From the NCBI GenBank assembly GCA_035603575.1, contig DATNKD010000084.1:2116-66115 (forward strand): DNA of 64,000 bases. The letters run 5' to 3'. The position numbers were made by a program, and so were the translations under genes. The notes beneath the pieces are model-generated. The model was not told where the DNA came from. It ran no database searches and worked only from the letters and a program-made list of their open reading frames with translations. Each line of letters starts with the position of its first letter. The stretch's first letter is position 1. Positions 17,989-28,274 of this stretch are shown here, one piece after another. The stretch is from Chthoniobacterales bacterium (GTDB taxonomy: Bacteria > Verrucomicrobiota > Verrucomicrobiia > Chthoniobacterales > UBA10450).

Positions 17989-18957
17989 ATGGCCGCCCGC
18001 TCCAAACCCGTTTCCGTCGTCACCGGTGGCGCGGGTTTCTTGGGATCGCATTTGACGGATCGCTTGCTGGCGGAAGGTCATCGCGTCATTGCGATCGACA
18101 ATCTCATTACCGGCAATACTGCGAACATCGGCCATCTCGCCGGCAACAAGGATTTCCATTTCATCAAGCACAACGTTTCCAATTTCATTTTCCTGCCGGA
18201 CGAAAAGATCGACTACGTTTTTCATTTCGCGTCTCCGGCCAGCCCGATTGATTATCTGGAATTGCCAATCCCGACTTTGAAAGTGGGCGCGCTCGGGACG
18301 CACAACACGCTCGGACTGGCCAAGGACAAAAAGGCGACGTTCATTCTGGCATCGACATCGGAATGCTACGGCGATCCGCTCGTGCATCCGCAAAAGGAAG
18401 ATTACTGGGGCAACGTTAACCCGATCGGGCCGCGCGGCGTTTATGATGAAGCTAAGCGTTTCGCCGAAGCGATGACGATGGCGTATCACCGCTATCACAA
18501 GGTCGACACCAGGATCGTGCGGATCTTTAACACTTACGGCCCGCGCATGCGTTTGCGCGACGGTCGCGTGGTGCCGGCATTCATCGGCCAGGCGTTAAAC
18601 GGAAAACCGCTTACCGTTTTCGGCGACGGCTCCCAAACGCGCTCGTTCTGTTACGTGGCGGATTTGATCGACGGAATTTTCAAGCTCGCGATGAGCGATT
18701 TTCACGAGCCAGTCAACCTTGGCAATCCGCGGGAGATGACGATTAAACAATTCGCCGAGGAAATCATTCGGATCACCGGTGCAAGATCGACAATCGAATA
18801 TAAGCCGCTCCCGGTGGACGATCCGAAAGTGCGGCAGCCGGACATTTCGCGGGCGAAAAAAGTTCTCGGTTGGGAACCAAAAGTTCAGTTCGAGGAAGGA
18901 ATCAAGAAGACGATTGAATATTTCAGGAATGCGTTAAAGGGTGCTGGCTCGAACTGA
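17989..18957 (+). CDS. UDP-glucuronate decarboxylase (UDP-xylose synthase; SDR epimerase/dehydratase family)
   Basis: [27 protein letters not shown] and [10 protein letters not shown] match UXS-type enzymes. Confidence 0.9.
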   Translation: MAARSKPVSVVTGGAGFLGSHLTDRLLAEGHRVIAIDNLITGNTANIGHLAGNKDFHFIKHNVSNFIFLPDEKIDYVFHFASPASPIDYLELPIPTLKVGALGTHNTLGLAKDKKATFILASTSECYGDPLVHPQKEDYWGNVNPIGPRGVYDEAKRFAEAMTMAYHRYHKVDTRIVRIFNTYGPRMRLRDGRVVPAFIGQALNGKPLTVFGDGSQTRSFCYVADLIDGIFKLAMSDFHEPVNLGNPREMTIKQFAEEIIRITGARSTIEYKPLPVDDPKVRQPDISRAKKVLGWEPKVQFEEGIKKTIEYFRNALKGAGSN

Positions 18958-20404
18958 AACAAAGCCTACCGTGAGTGCCCGATGCTTTCTTGTTTGCGGC
19001 ACTCTCCTTTTGCTGTTTGCGAACGGCGCGAATGGCGCGAGGTATCAGCGTACGCAAGACGGACAAACCCTGGTTTGGAATAATCTGCGTGGAGTCGCTG
19101 AGCAAGCGACGTGGTCGGGCGTCCGGGACTTAAACGGATATGCGACCGGACAAGGTACCCTCACATGGTATCGACTTGGAAATTTCGTCAACAGCTATAC
19201 CGGCAGAATGGTCCACGGAAAGTTTGATGGCCCCGTAATTAGGGAACAGGGTCAAACGAGATTGCAGACCACGTTCGTCAATGGAAATAAAGTCGGCGAC
19301 TGGTCGGAGCCTGGATCAATACGTACTCCAACTCCTCCACCCAAGAAACCATCGACCAAGGCCGATGAGACGCAGCCGGCTGAGGAACCGTTAGTCGAGC
19401 AGCCGTCACCAACGCCGACGCTGTCGCCATTACCAACACTATCGCCATCGGCAACGCGATCGCCGACTTCGACGTCAACCTCAAGACCAAGGCCTACGCC
19501 AACGCCAACATCACCGCCGACCTCAACACCAAGACCGACGCCAACGGCTACACCAACATCGACACCAACGCCGTCGCCAACCTCAACGCCGTCACCAGCG
19601 CCATCGCGGTCACCACCATCAGCAACGCCGACACCATTACGATCCTCGATGCCGTCGCCCGTTGAACAACCAGCCAAGAGAGATTTTCGCTTGGATGAGG
19701 TCGTTGAAGGGCGAGTCCACGAGCCTCTTCAATTAGGCAGTCCGCCTTCCTCAAGTCCCGTTGAAACAGCGCTGCGGCCTGCGCCATCATCGCCAATTGC
19801 GCGGAGCGCATCGCCAGCCGCCAGTCCACTGCGAGTCGATCCGACCCAAAAGCATCGGATGATTGAAGAACTCAGAAAAGAGATAGAATCCGTTCTTGCT
19901 CAAGTGCGCGACGCGACTGGGAATTTCCACGAGATCGATCGGCTCGAAACCGTGCAAAATTTACCAGCGCCAGTCTCAGCCAGCGTCACTATTCTGGCCG
20001 ATCGAGCACGCGATTTTCGCGCGAAGGTGGGGTACGAAGTAGCGGCTTACGAATGCCTGGCCGAAATCGAAGCAGTCGACGCGCTTATTCTGGTCGATGA
20101 AATTACGCGCGACATAGCCGCCAAGGACGCGCCCGCTGCACGTAAGAAATTATCGGGCTTTCTCAAGCGCTATCATGAACCGACTGCTGATAATCAGAAA
20201 CCATTATCGCGTTATCTCACTTCGGCGTTGTCATTGTGCAATCGACTAAGGGACGAGGCCGAGACGCATTTGCAGCAAGCCCAATCACTCGCTTCAGCCG
20301 GAAAGAAAAGCGAAGCACTCCGCGAATATCAGGAAATTTATCGGATCTACCCGAATCCGGTTACTGCGGAAAAGATCCGACAACTCGAAGGCCAACCGCG
20401 CTAA
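18941..20404 (+). CDS. Secreted hypothetical protein with MORN-like N-domain, long Pro/Thr/Ser linker and helical C-domain
   Basis: Signal-like N-terminus, GQGTLTWY...GKFDGP repeats, and about 110 aa of PT-rich low complexity. Confidence 0.6.
   Translation: MLARTETKPTVSARCFLVCGTLLLLFANGANGARYQRTQDGQTLVWNNLRGVAEQATWSGVRDLNGYATGQGTLTWYRLGNFVNSYTGRMVHGKFDGPVIREQGQTRLQTTFVNGNKVGDWSEPGSIRTPTPPPKKPSTKADETQPAEEPLVEQPSPTPTLSPLPTLSPSATRSPTSTSTSRPRPTPTPTSPPTSTPRPTPTATPTSTPTPSPTSTPSPAPSRSPPSATPTPLRSSMPSPVEQPAKRDFRLDEVVEGRVHEPLQLGSPPSSSPVETALRPAPSSPIARSASPAASPLRVDPTQKHRMIEELRKEIESVLAQVRDATGNFHEIDRLETVQNLPAPVSASVTILADRARDFRAKVGYEVAAYECLAEIEAVDALILVDEITRDIAAKDAPAARKKLSGFLKRYHEPTADNQKPLSRYLTSALSLCNRLRDEAETHLQQAQSLASAGKKSEALREYQEIYRIYPNPVTAEKIRQLEGQPR
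19328..19661 (+). repeat. Low-complexity Pro/Thr/Ser-coding microrepeat region
   Basis: Iterated acgcc/aacgcc/accaac units encode [33 protein letters not shown]. Confidence 0.7.
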
Positions 20405-20497
20405 TCTCGAAGCCTCAATCGAAGGAAGATGGTAAATATCAAGGAAATGATCGCATATTCTCGAGAACCGTTGAAAGGTGCGTGACATAAGCCCGAG

Positions 20498-20839
20498 ATG
20501 TACGAACATCGAACCCACCCATTGTTAAGTCGCGCGAAATTCGCGCGCCGCGTCGCTCGTCATATGCTGCTCGCGCTTTTTCTGGTCGGCGTCGCACTAG
20601 GCATTGGCGTGCTCGGATACCATTGCCTTGGTGGTTTGAGCTGGATCGACTCGCTTCTGAATGCGTCCATGATTTTGGGCGGCATGGGCCCGATCGATCC
20701 GCTCCATTCGGATGCTGCCAAGATTTTTGCTTCGTGTTATGCGCTGTTCTCGGGTCTCGCTTTCGTTGGCATCGCAGGGTTGATGATCGCCCCGTTTGCG
20801 CACCGGCTCCTGCACCGCTTTCACATCGAGGCGAAATGA
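20498..20839 (+). CDS. Small 2-TM pore-loop protein (ion-channel-like, degenerate filter)
   Basis: TM1 MLLALFLVGVALGIGVLGY, a pore-helix-like SWIDSLLNASMILGGMGP, and TM2 FSGLAFVGIAGLMIAPF. Confidence 0.5.
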   Translation: MYEHRTHPLLSRAKFARRVARHMLLALFLVGVALGIGVLGYHCLGGLSWIDSLLNASMILGGMGPIDPLHSDAAKIFASCYALFSGLAFVGIAGLMIAPFAHRLLHRFHIEAK

Positions 20840-20929
20840 AACGCCGCAACCATTCGAGGTTTGGGACGTTAAATTTCCACTGTGCAAAATTTTACTGGCA
20901 TTCGCGGCGTTTCGGCTTTGAATTCCCTC

Positions 20930-21469
20930 ATGACTAAGCGCGCGGCCGCTGGATTGGTTTTGTCGCTGGCCATGTGCTTTTCGATTTCCGGGCAGGAAAG
21001 CACTCGTGCTGACGATCTGGACGCGATATTCGCGTTCTATCGGCCGGAGCTTTTGACGAGTGTCGATAGTTCAGATTTGGTTCGCGAACTGCCGATGACC
21101 AAATTCTTGGACGGGCGATTGCCCGGCTCGACGCCTTTGGGACGAATGGGAACGGCGCCGGTCGCGGATTTCCCAATGGCGCTGGTCAGCGCCGCTCCGC
21201 GGCAAAAAACGAAGTCTGCGTCGGCGCCTGCGAAAGATGCAAAGGATAGCAAGGATTATTCGGCGACCGAGACGATGTCGTTACAAAACAATCCACTGGT
21301 GTTCACAGGTGGCGAGGTCGGCTTCATGTACGGTCACTCGTCTGGAAAATTCGGCGGCGACGAATTCCTTAGCTACATCGTCGGCGGCGTCGGCAACGAC
21401 AAGATGCAAATCAACGTCGGCGCATCGTATCAGGAATTTAACGGGCATTTCTCGCGCTCGCGTCCTTGA
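20930..21469 (+). CDS. Secreted hypothetical protein
   Basis: The internal ATG gives signal peptide MTKRAAAGLVLSLAMCFSISGQ. I do not recognise any domain. Confidence 0.55.
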   Translation: MTKRAAAGLVLSLAMCFSISGQESTRADDLDAIFAFYRPELLTSVDSSDLVRELPMTKFLDGRLPGSTPLGRMGTAPVADFPMALVSAAPRQKTKSASAPAKDAKDSKDYSATETMSLQNNPLVFTGGEVGFMYGHSSGKFGGDEFLSYIVGGVGNDKMQINVGASYQEFNGHFSRSRP

Positions 21470-21666
21470 ATCCCGAGCGAACTGAAGATTCGGAGAGTCT
21501 CTTCGAGCTTTCGTCTGGAGCTGCCGCTCCGACGAATTCGTGCGACGCCACTGGCGAATTAATCTGTCCCGTTTGCGGATCAACACTGGTGCGGGAGAAA
21601 TGCAAAGTGATCTGCCGGAGCGAAAAATGCCGTGGCCGCGTGGTGATGAACTGCTCGGAGTTTTAG
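21466..21666 (+). CDS. Small Cys-rich (zinc-ribbon-like) protein
   Basis: CPVCG...CKVIC...C...C pattern in a 66 aa ORF. The TTG start overlaps the upstream stop. Confidence 0.35.
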   Translation: MNPERTEDSESLFELSSGAAAPTNSCDATGELICPVCGSTLVREKCKVICRSEKCRGRVVMNCSEF

Positions 21667-21859
21667 GGGCAAAGAGCGATCGCTCAGTCGCGGATTCTCC
21701 CCGCATACGTCCGGTTCTGTGGGTCGAGGGAGGCTAGCTGATAGGGTAGCTGATAGGGTCTTTCCCTACACTCTGATCGGCCGGAAAACTTATGGCTATT
21801 ATGATTGACATTGGAATTCAATCCTGCCCAAAGTGGGCGCTGGTAGAAAAAGGGAGCTT

Positions 21860-22426
21860 ATGAATAAAAAACTCTTTCTGGTATTGATCGGTATCACTTC
21901 AATTTCTCTCGCGACGCGCGCCGACATTATTCCGACCTTATCGTCTGTCACCGGCTCGAGTCCAAATTTCACCTGGAATTACTCGGCCAACGTGACCGTG
22001 AACGAAAATATCAACACCGGCGACTTTTTCACCATTTACGATTTCGGTTCAATCGCGCCCGGATCCAATACGCAACCAACCGGCTGGACATTTTCACAGT
22101 CGTTGATTGGTCCCACCGCCGCCCTGACTTCGCCGACCGACAATCCGAACATTTTGAACCTGACCTGGACTTATACTGGCACAACGCCGATCACCGGTTC
22201 AGCTGCGTTGGGAATCTTTTCAGTTATGACCGGGACTGACCAGCTCAAGACCGGTCAGTTCACGGCTTCAGCGACGCGCAATAGTGGACCGGACGCTGGG
22301 ACAAAAATCTCCAATATTGGCAGTGTCGCGGTGCCTGTGCCGGAACCGTCCGCAGTGTTTCCGATTCTGAGCCTTTGCGCTGCGATAGGCGTGGATAGAT
22401 TTTTCCGTCATCGTAGAACAGCGTAG
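21860..22426 (+). CDS. PEP-CTERM sorting-domain protein
   Basis: Signal peptide MNKKLFLVLIGITSISLATRA. C-terminal VPVPEPSAVFPILSLCAAIGV..RRHRR motif. AGGGAG lies upstream. Confidence 0.8.
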   Translation: MNKKLFLVLIGITSISLATRADIIPTLSSVTGSSPNFTWNYSANVTVNENINTGDFFTIYDFGSIAPGSNTQPTGWTFSQSLIGPTAALTSPTDNPNILNLTWTYTGTTPITGSAALGIFSVMTGTDQLKTGQFTASATRNSGPDAGTKISNIGSVAVPVPEPSAVFPILSLCAAIGVDRFFRHRRTA

Positions 22427-22482
22427 AAAAATTTTGGCGGAAAGCACGGCGCTCGCTCGGCGACCGCGCAGGAGCTGGAACC

Positions 22483-22872
22483 ATGGACAAAAGGGCGGTC
22501 AATCTCGAAACTGAGGAAACGCCCCTCCTGGTTGAATCGCCCGCGACAACCAAGTTACCTCGGTATCCTTCGCTGCTTAGCGTCCCCTTCGCCGCTGCCA
22601 GGGAATTGCAGGCTAAGGATCGCAGACGACACAAGCGATGGCTGACATTTCTTAAGCTTGAGCTACTCGCTTGCGTTCTTCTCGTTATCCTCCTCGTTCT
22701 GGCGACATCGAAGTCAGTTGCGGATCTCGGTTTGACGTTATCATCTAAAATCGCTGTCGTCCTCGACGCTCTGGCGGTAGCGATTATTCCGATCGTCTTT
22801 TATGGACCGACCCGCGAGAAATATCGATATCGCTCGCATCGATATCGCACTAACTCAACTGCATCTAATTAA
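22483..22872 (+). CDS. Hypothetical membrane protein
   Basis: Two predicted TM helices (LLACVLLVILLVLA, AVVLDALAVAIIPIVFY). No recognisable domain. Confidence 0.35.
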   Translation: MDKRAVNLETEETPLLVESPATTKLPRYPSLLSVPFAAARELQAKDRRRHKRWLTFLKLELLACVLLVILLVLATSKSVADLGLTLSSKIAVVLDALAVAIIPIVFYGPTREKYRYRSHRYRTNSTASN

Positions 22873-22971
22873 GCGCGCGGTGCCATAACGCGGGATTTTC
22901 GTTAGCGTTTCGGCTGGAATCGAGGCAGCGGCTCGGTAGAACGTGCGAGTCGCCGGCTAACCATGGGGTGA

Positions 22972-24492
22972 CTATTGCTCGATCATGTTGCGAAGCCGCT
23001 TGTTCCGTAGAATCAGGTAAGGACCGTATGCTCTCCACAGGTCGAACTCTGCCCGCACGATGTTGTTCGGCTCGTCCGGACCAAATTCCGACGAACGGTT
23101 TGGCTCGACGATGTTATCCCACGCGCGATTAAGAACCAGCCAATCCGCACTCGCTACATCGCGCGTCAGTCGAGAACCGGGCGCATTAGCTGAGCCCGGA
23201 TTCATTTCCAGAAAATACGTGGCCGGACGCAACTGCGGGAAGAGATGATAAATCCAGGTGTCACAATAGATAGTCCGCCGCAAATCAGCCGGACCAACAA
23301 ACAGACTCTGGCCGGGAAATGAAGCGCGTTGTAATTCAGACAGTGCCTGATCCGCGGCTTGCGGCAGACTCGTTTTCGCCAGCGGGAACAAACGCCCGTT
23401 TTGTTTAATAAAAACTCCCTTGTGGTGTGGCCCCAATTTGAGAAGTGCGATTGCACCCAGCGCAACGATACTTGCGACAATTATCTTGACCCGGCGTGAT
23501 AGCGGTTTTGTTACCAGCGAGAAGAGAACCGAAATCGACACCGGCAGGAACGCGAAAGAGACCACAGCGCCATTAGTCACATGTCCGCTGTCGAAGCGCG
23601 AGAGGGAGTAGTGAATCAGTGAAAGTCCCAAAAGCGCTGCGCCCAAGAGCAGTCGACCACGCTCAGGCGCAGGTTCACGCAGCGCGACAAAGCCGGCGGC
23701 GACGTTGACGGCGCTTGCCACCAGATAGAAGCAGAATATCCAAACTACGTCCGCTGTCGCCGTCGATATTGGCAGAGTTGCTCCTGGACCTAACCGAAAA
23801 ACCGGAAGCAGAAATAAATCATCCACAAGCTGCGCCGGTCCGACGACGATCCCGAACCAAAGTAACGGAAGCAATGCAACTACCAGGCCTCCGAGAAATT
23901 TGTGTTTCGCTGCTCGCTCCATTGAGAGGAAAAGTGGCAGAGCCGAAATGGCTAGGGCCGGGCCAAGGTCGCAACGACAAAGCAGCGCGATACCTCCGAA
24001 CAGGCCCGCCGCGAAACAGCGCCAGCCCGACCTCACATTTGCCATCATCCACACGCCACAAAGCGCAAACGCGGTCCCGGCGAACCAGGTATTCGCCCAC
24101 GCCTCACTATGGTCGAGTATTACAACTGCCACGAGAGCGCATGCGGAGGCGACAAATGTTCCCCAGCGTTGCGCCGTTCCGAAGATCGCCAGCAGAATGA
24201 TGAGCCGATAAATCAGCCCAACCGCGCGTTCGACGAAAATGTTCGGTCCGAAAATGCTGTAAGTCGCCGACAAGATGAGAAGGTTTCCCGGGCCGTAGAT
24301 ACTTTCGAAATCTCGATACGGCAGGCGTCCTTTCAAAAGCAGTTCGGGATAAACGAGCGTGATACCTTCATCCTCAGGCTGTCCCGGTGACTGAAACGCA
24401 GGCCACAGAGCGATAACCAGCAGCCCGGCAAGCAGGCAAAAAACAATTATTTTAAAGCCCGCTCTTTTTAGCTCATCAGCCGAACCAGTCAT
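22972..24492 (-). CDS. Polytopic membrane protein (GT-C/ArnT-like candidate) with C-terminal soluble domain
   Basis: About 11 TM helices across 350 aa, followed by a roughly 150 aa hydrophilic tail. Confidence 0.65.
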   Translation of the reverse strand: MTGSADELKRAGFKIIVFCLLAGLLVIALWPAFQSPGQPEDEGITLVYPELLLKGRLPYRDFESIYGPGNLLILSATYSIFGPNIFVERAVGLIYRLIILLAIFGTAQRWGTFVASACALVAVVILDHSEAWANTWFAGTAFALCGVWMMANVRSGWRCFAAGLFGGIALLCRCDLGPALAISALPLFLSMERAAKHKFLGGLVVALLPLLWFGIVVGPAQLVDDLFLLPVFRLGPGATLPISTATADVVWIFCFYLVASAVNVAAGFVALREPAPERGRLLLGAALLGLSLIHYSLSRFDSGHVTNGAVVSFAFLPVSISVLFSLVTKPLSRRVKIIVASIVALGAIALLKLGPHHKGVFIKQNGRLFPLAKTSLPQAADQALSELQRASFPGQSLFVGPADLRRTIYCDTWIYHLFPQLRPATYFLEMNPGSANAPGSRLTRDVASADWLVLNRAWDNIVEPNRSSEFGPDEPNNIVRAEFDLWRAYGPYLILRNKRLRNMIEQ

Positions 24493-24677
24493 GACATCTC
24501 CGACCGGACCAGGATATCAGAAATCGTTCGGGTTTCGGCTGGAATTAAAATCGGCGAAGCGTGGAGTTTTTCGGCTCGCTGTGGAATAGACACCTACTGC
24601 AAGATCGACAAAGCCGCGCACAGACGCGGCAAGTTTCAAATTCCCCCAAGCTCTAAAGAAATTCCAAGTTTTAACTC

Positions 24678-26420
24678 ATGGCCACGTCTGCGCGCATCAT
24701 CAGTTTGAATCTTGGCTCGCAGACGATCGGGCTCGCGGAATTTCAGGCGCAAGCGCAGGGCGGCGTTGTTTTGCAAAACTACCGTTTGCGTGAGGTTTTG
24801 ATCGATCCCGCGGGCGAGGGGATCCGCCGCACGCAAACTTCCGCGACCTTGCGCGAAATGAGGGCCGAACTTCAAATCCGGCACGAAGCGGTCAATTACG
24901 CGGTCTCGGCGCAGTCAGTGTTCGCCCGTTTTGTAAAATTGCCCGCGGTCGAAGAGGAAAAGATCGAACGGATCATCGCCTTTGAAGCGCAACAAAATGT
25001 GCCGTTCCCGATCGACGAAGTTGTTTGGGACTATCAGTTGATTGGCGGAGGCGGCGAGGAGCAAGTCCAGGTCATGCTGGTCGCGATCAAATCGGACTTG
25101 CTCGACGAGATGAACGCCGCGGTCGAAGAAACAGGGCTGCGCACGGCGATTGTCGATGTTGCAACCATGGCGCTCTACAATGCCTTTCGTTACAACTACG
25201 CCGACTTGGGCGGTTGTTCGCTGCTGGTCGACATCGGCGCGCGCACCACCAACCTACTTTTCATCGAGCCGCAAAGAATTTTCTCGCGCAGCATTCCGGT
25301 TGGCGGCAGTTCCATCACGGTCGCAATTGCGAAGGAATTCAATGAGCCATTTGCGACGGCGGAATTTCGCAAGAAACGCGACGGCTTCGTCAGTCTCGGC
25401 GGTGCTTATGCCGAGCCGGCAGACCCCGAAGTCGCCCGCGTTTCCAAACTAATGCGCAGCACGATGACGCGACTTCACGCCGAGGTGATTCGCTCGATCA
25501 GCCATTATCGCGCGCAGCAACAGGGCAACGCGCCGGAGCGTGTTTTTCTTTGTGGCGGAAGCGCGAGCACTCCCTATATGCGCGAATTTTTTCGCGAGAA
25601 ATTGCAAGTGCCGATCGAATTTTTCAATCCTCTCCGCAATGTCACAGTCGCGCACTCGGCGCCGGTCAACGAATTGACGCACTCTGCGCATTTGCTCGGC
25701 GAACTGGTCGGCTTGGCGCTGCGCTCAGTGGGCGCCTGCCCGATGGAGCTGAATCTCCGGCCGGCGATTGTCGTGCGCCGGCAGGAACTGGAAAAGCGGC
25801 GCCCGTTTTTTGCGATCGCCGCTGCCGCCGTCATCCTCGCCTTGCTCGGCTGGGGATTCTACTACACTCGCGCCGCGCAAGTGGCTCGATCCGGCGCCGA
25901 AAAGATCAGAAACATCAATGCGCCGATGCAGGCAGCGGAAGCAAAGATCGAAAAGTTGCGCAAACAGGCAACATCGCTCGACGCGCTCGGGGCGCCGCTT
26001 GCCGCCGCGATCAACGATCGCTTTTTTTGGACAGAAATTCTCGAGGATCTCAACGCGCGACTCCCGAAAGAAGATGTTTGGGTCACAGAACTGATTCCGC
26101 TTACCGGCGGCAAATCGATTGATGTGGATGAGAAACACGCGGCAGAAATTACGCCGGCGACAGCGGCTTCAAGATCGACAGCGAAAGGACAACCGGCGGC
26201 GGCGATCGATGGCATTCTGCTGCGCGGTCTCTATTTGTTTAATCCGAAACAACAGGAAGTCGTGGCCGATTATTTTCGAAATCTTGTCGGCTCACCCTTT
26301 TTAAATGTCGATCCGAACAATCAGGCGCGCGTGATCAAGTCCACCATCCCGAATAACACCGACTGGGCCTTTCCCTATGAATTGCGCCTCGAGCTCCGAA
26401 AACCAGTGAAGCTGCCATGA
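24678..26420 (+). CDS. pilM: Type IV pilus assembly PilM (actin-like ATPase) fused to a PilN-like TM/coiled-coil module
   Basis: N-terminal ISLNLGSQTIGLAEF, VDIGARTTNL and LCGGSASTPY (PilM/FtsA fold). Then LNLRPAIVVRRQ, a TM helix and a coiled coil (PilN-like). Confidence 0.85.
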   Translation: MATSARIISLNLGSQTIGLAEFQAQAQGGVVLQNYRLREVLIDPAGEGIRRTQTSATLREMRAELQIRHEAVNYAVSAQSVFARFVKLPAVEEEKIERIIAFEAQQNVPFPIDEVVWDYQLIGGGGEEQVQVMLVAIKSDLLDEMNAAVEETGLRTAIVDVATMALYNAFRYNYADLGGCSLLVDIGARTTNLLFIEPQRIFSRSIPVGGSSITVAIAKEFNEPFATAEFRKKRDGFVSLGGAYAEPADPEVARVSKLMRSTMTRLHAEVIRSISHYRAQQQGNAPERVFLCGGSASTPYMREFFREKLQVPIEFFNPLRNVTVAHSAPVNELTHSAHLLGELVGLALRSVGACPMELNLRPAIVVRRQELEKRRPFFAIAAAAVILALLGWGFYYTRAAQVARSGAEKIRNINAPMQAAEAKIEKLRKQATSLDALGAPLAAAINDRFFWTEILEDLNARLPKEDVWVTELIPLTGGKSIDVDEKHAAEITPATAASRSTAKGQPAAAIDGILLRGLYLFNPKQQEVVADYFRNLVGSPFLNVDPNNQARVIKSTIPNNTDWAFPYELRLELRKPVKLP

Positions 26421-27301
26421 ACTGGTACCGCGAAAATCGCTGGCTCGGGAATTTTCTGATTGCAGTGTCGGGCGCCGCGCTGATCGCGCTTTGGTTTCTC
26501 TTCCACGCCAGAAGCGGCTTTGCCGAAGCATCCGCGCAATTCAACGAGGCCGCGACCGAGCGCAATCGGCTCGAGCATCTCAATCCTTTTCCGAACGAGG
26601 AGAATTTTCGAAAAACGCAGGCCGCGCTCGATAATTATGGCGCCACGCTCACCAAGTTAAAAGAAGAGCTGAGAGCGCAGGTCCTGCCGGTGGCGCCGAT
26701 CGCGCCGAATGAATTTCAATCGCGCTTGCGCCAGGCAATTGTCAGCACCACCGAAAAAGCGCGGGCCAACCGGGTGAAACTGCCGGAGAATTTTCATCTT
26801 GGCTTCGATGAATTCGCGACCACGCTTCCGGGCAGCGCCGCCGCGGCGGCGTTCCTTGGGCAAGAGCTGGCGCAGGTTGAATTGCTTCTCGGCATTTTGA
26901 TCGACGCCCGAGTCGACGCGATCACGACCCTAAAGCGCGCGACTCTGCCGCCAGAGACGGCGGTAGCGGCAGCGCCCGCGCGCAAACCTCCCGGCCCGGC
27001 CAATGCCGCGCCCGGACCGGTCGAGCGGTCGATTGTCGATCTTACATTCGCGGCTTCGCCGTCGGCGATGCGCAAAGTTGTGAATCAGCTCGCGAGCTCA
27101 GAGCGCCAATTTTTTATTGTTCGCACGTTGTACGTTCGCAACGAGCAATTGAAAGGTCCGTCCCGGGAAGCAACGGGCGCTACCAGCGGGAAAGCCGCTG
27201 AGACAGCGGCGGCTACGGGATCTGGCGCGATAAAATTTATCGTCGGCAACGAACACGTCGAAAATACGGCGAGGATCGAGATGCTCCGTTTCACGTTCTA
27301 A
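26417..27301 (+). CDS. Amuc_1100-family pilus-associated protein (PilO-position)
   Basis: N-terminal TM segment plus blocks that parallel my memory of A. muciniphila Amuc_1100: MNWYRENRW, EFQSRLRQ, LGFDEF...FLGQELAQVELLL, FFIVRTLYVRNEQ, and the C-terminal beta strand IEMLRFTF. Confidence 0.75.
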   Translation: MNWYRENRWLGNFLIAVSGAALIALWFLFHARSGFAEASAQFNEAATERNRLEHLNPFPNEENFRKTQAALDNYGATLTKLKEELRAQVLPVAPIAPNEFQSRLRQAIVSTTEKARANRVKLPENFHLGFDEFATTLPGSAAAAAFLGQELAQVELLLGILIDARVDAITTLKRATLPPETAVAAAPARKPPGPANAAPGPVERSIVDLTFAASPSAMRKVVNQLASSERQFFIVRTLYVRNEQLKGPSREATGATSGKAAETAAATGSGAIKFIVGNEHVENTARIEMLRFTF

Positions 27302-27303
27302 AT

Positions 27304-28245
27304 ATGAACTGGGTCCGCGCTCATTATGAGGCAGTGTGCCTGATTGCGGCTGCGGGGGTGGTCTTTCTTTCTTCGACTTTCATTTGGCGTAACGCATCCA
27401 GCTTTGGCTCGCAACTTGCCGTCATGCCGCCGACGCCCTCGTTAAAAAGCGTGTCGCCGTTGGCGAAGGCGGAAGAGCTTGCCGCCGCCGCCGAAAAATT
27501 ACATCAACCGCCGCAGTGGACGTTCGGCGGTCGCTCCGGACTTTTTGTGCCGGAAAAACATTTCATCGGCGCGAACGGACAACCCGCGACTTTGCAAACG
27601 ACCGAAGTCCATCCCCCCGTGCCGAACGAATGGCTGGAGCAATTCGGATTGCCAATCACCGATGCCGATGTGCTCGATAAGGACCCGGACGGCGACGGTT
27701 TCAACAACCTCGACGAATGGTCAGGGCACACCAATCCGACCGACGTCAATTCGTACCCCGAGTATTACACGAAACTGAAACTCAGATCTGCGACCGAGGA
27801 ACCGTTTCGCCTCGTTTTCTCATCGTGGGTCGGTGACACCTACGCGATCAACGCGATCGACCTGAAACAACCGACGCAATTTTTGAAAGTCGGCGACTCG
27901 ATCAAAGGAACGCGTTTTAAGATCGTGAAATTCCTCGAAAAATATGAGCCGAACAAATACGGGACGAATGTCGATGTTTCGGAGTTAACGCTCGAACAGC
28001 TGGAAACCAAACAGCAGCTCACGCTCATCAAAGAGAAAGTCGCGATGTCGCCGGAATCAGTCGCGACCTTTGTTTACACCTGGGTCAAGCGACAGGAATT
28101 CCAGGTCAGAAAAGATCAGGAATTTTCATTGAAACCGCAGGAGCAGATCAAATATAAACTGGTAGACGTTGGGCCGGCCAAGGCGGTGATCGTGAACTCG
28201 CAACGGGTAGACGAGCCGATCGAAATTGGCCTGCTCAATCCCTAA
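27304..28245 (+). CDS. Pilus-cluster protein in the Amuc_1099 position (N-terminal TM, DxDxDG calcium-binding-like motif)
   Basis: TM segment AVCLIAAAGVVFLSSTFIW and the motif DKDPDGDGFNNLDEW. Assigned by gene order only. Confidence 0.55.
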   Translation: MNWVRAHYEAVCLIAAAGVVFLSSTFIWRNASSFGSQLAVMPPTPSLKSVSPLAKAEELAAAAEKLHQPPQWTFGGRSGLFVPEKHFIGANGQPATLQTTEVHPPVPNEWLEQFGLPITDADVLDKDPDGDGFNNLDEWSGHTNPTDVNSYPEYYTKLKLRSATEEPFRLVFSSWVGDTYAINAIDLKQPTQFLKVGDSIKGTRFKIVKFLEKYEPNKYGTNVDVSELTLEQLETKQQLTLIKEKVAMSPESVATFVYTWVKRQEFQVRKDQEFSLKPQEQIKYKLVDVGPAKAVIVNSQRVDEPIEIGLLNP

Positions 28246-28274
28246 ACTGCAGTAAATGAAACCAAGTTCCCCCC

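Noticed and set aside
19252-19677. 141 aa minus-strand ORF rich in DGVGV repeats
   Set aside because: It is the reverse-complement reading of the Pro/Thr-coding microrepeats.
18793-24600. 5.8 kb stretch without the 10-mer, covering lineage-specific secreted/PEP-CTERM/membrane genes, as evidence for a horizontally acquired island
   Set aside because: With a mean spacing of about 1.8 kb, a gap this long has a probability of about 0.04 per interval. Over about 35 intervals, one such gap is expected by chance. There are no integrase, tRNA or repeat boundaries.
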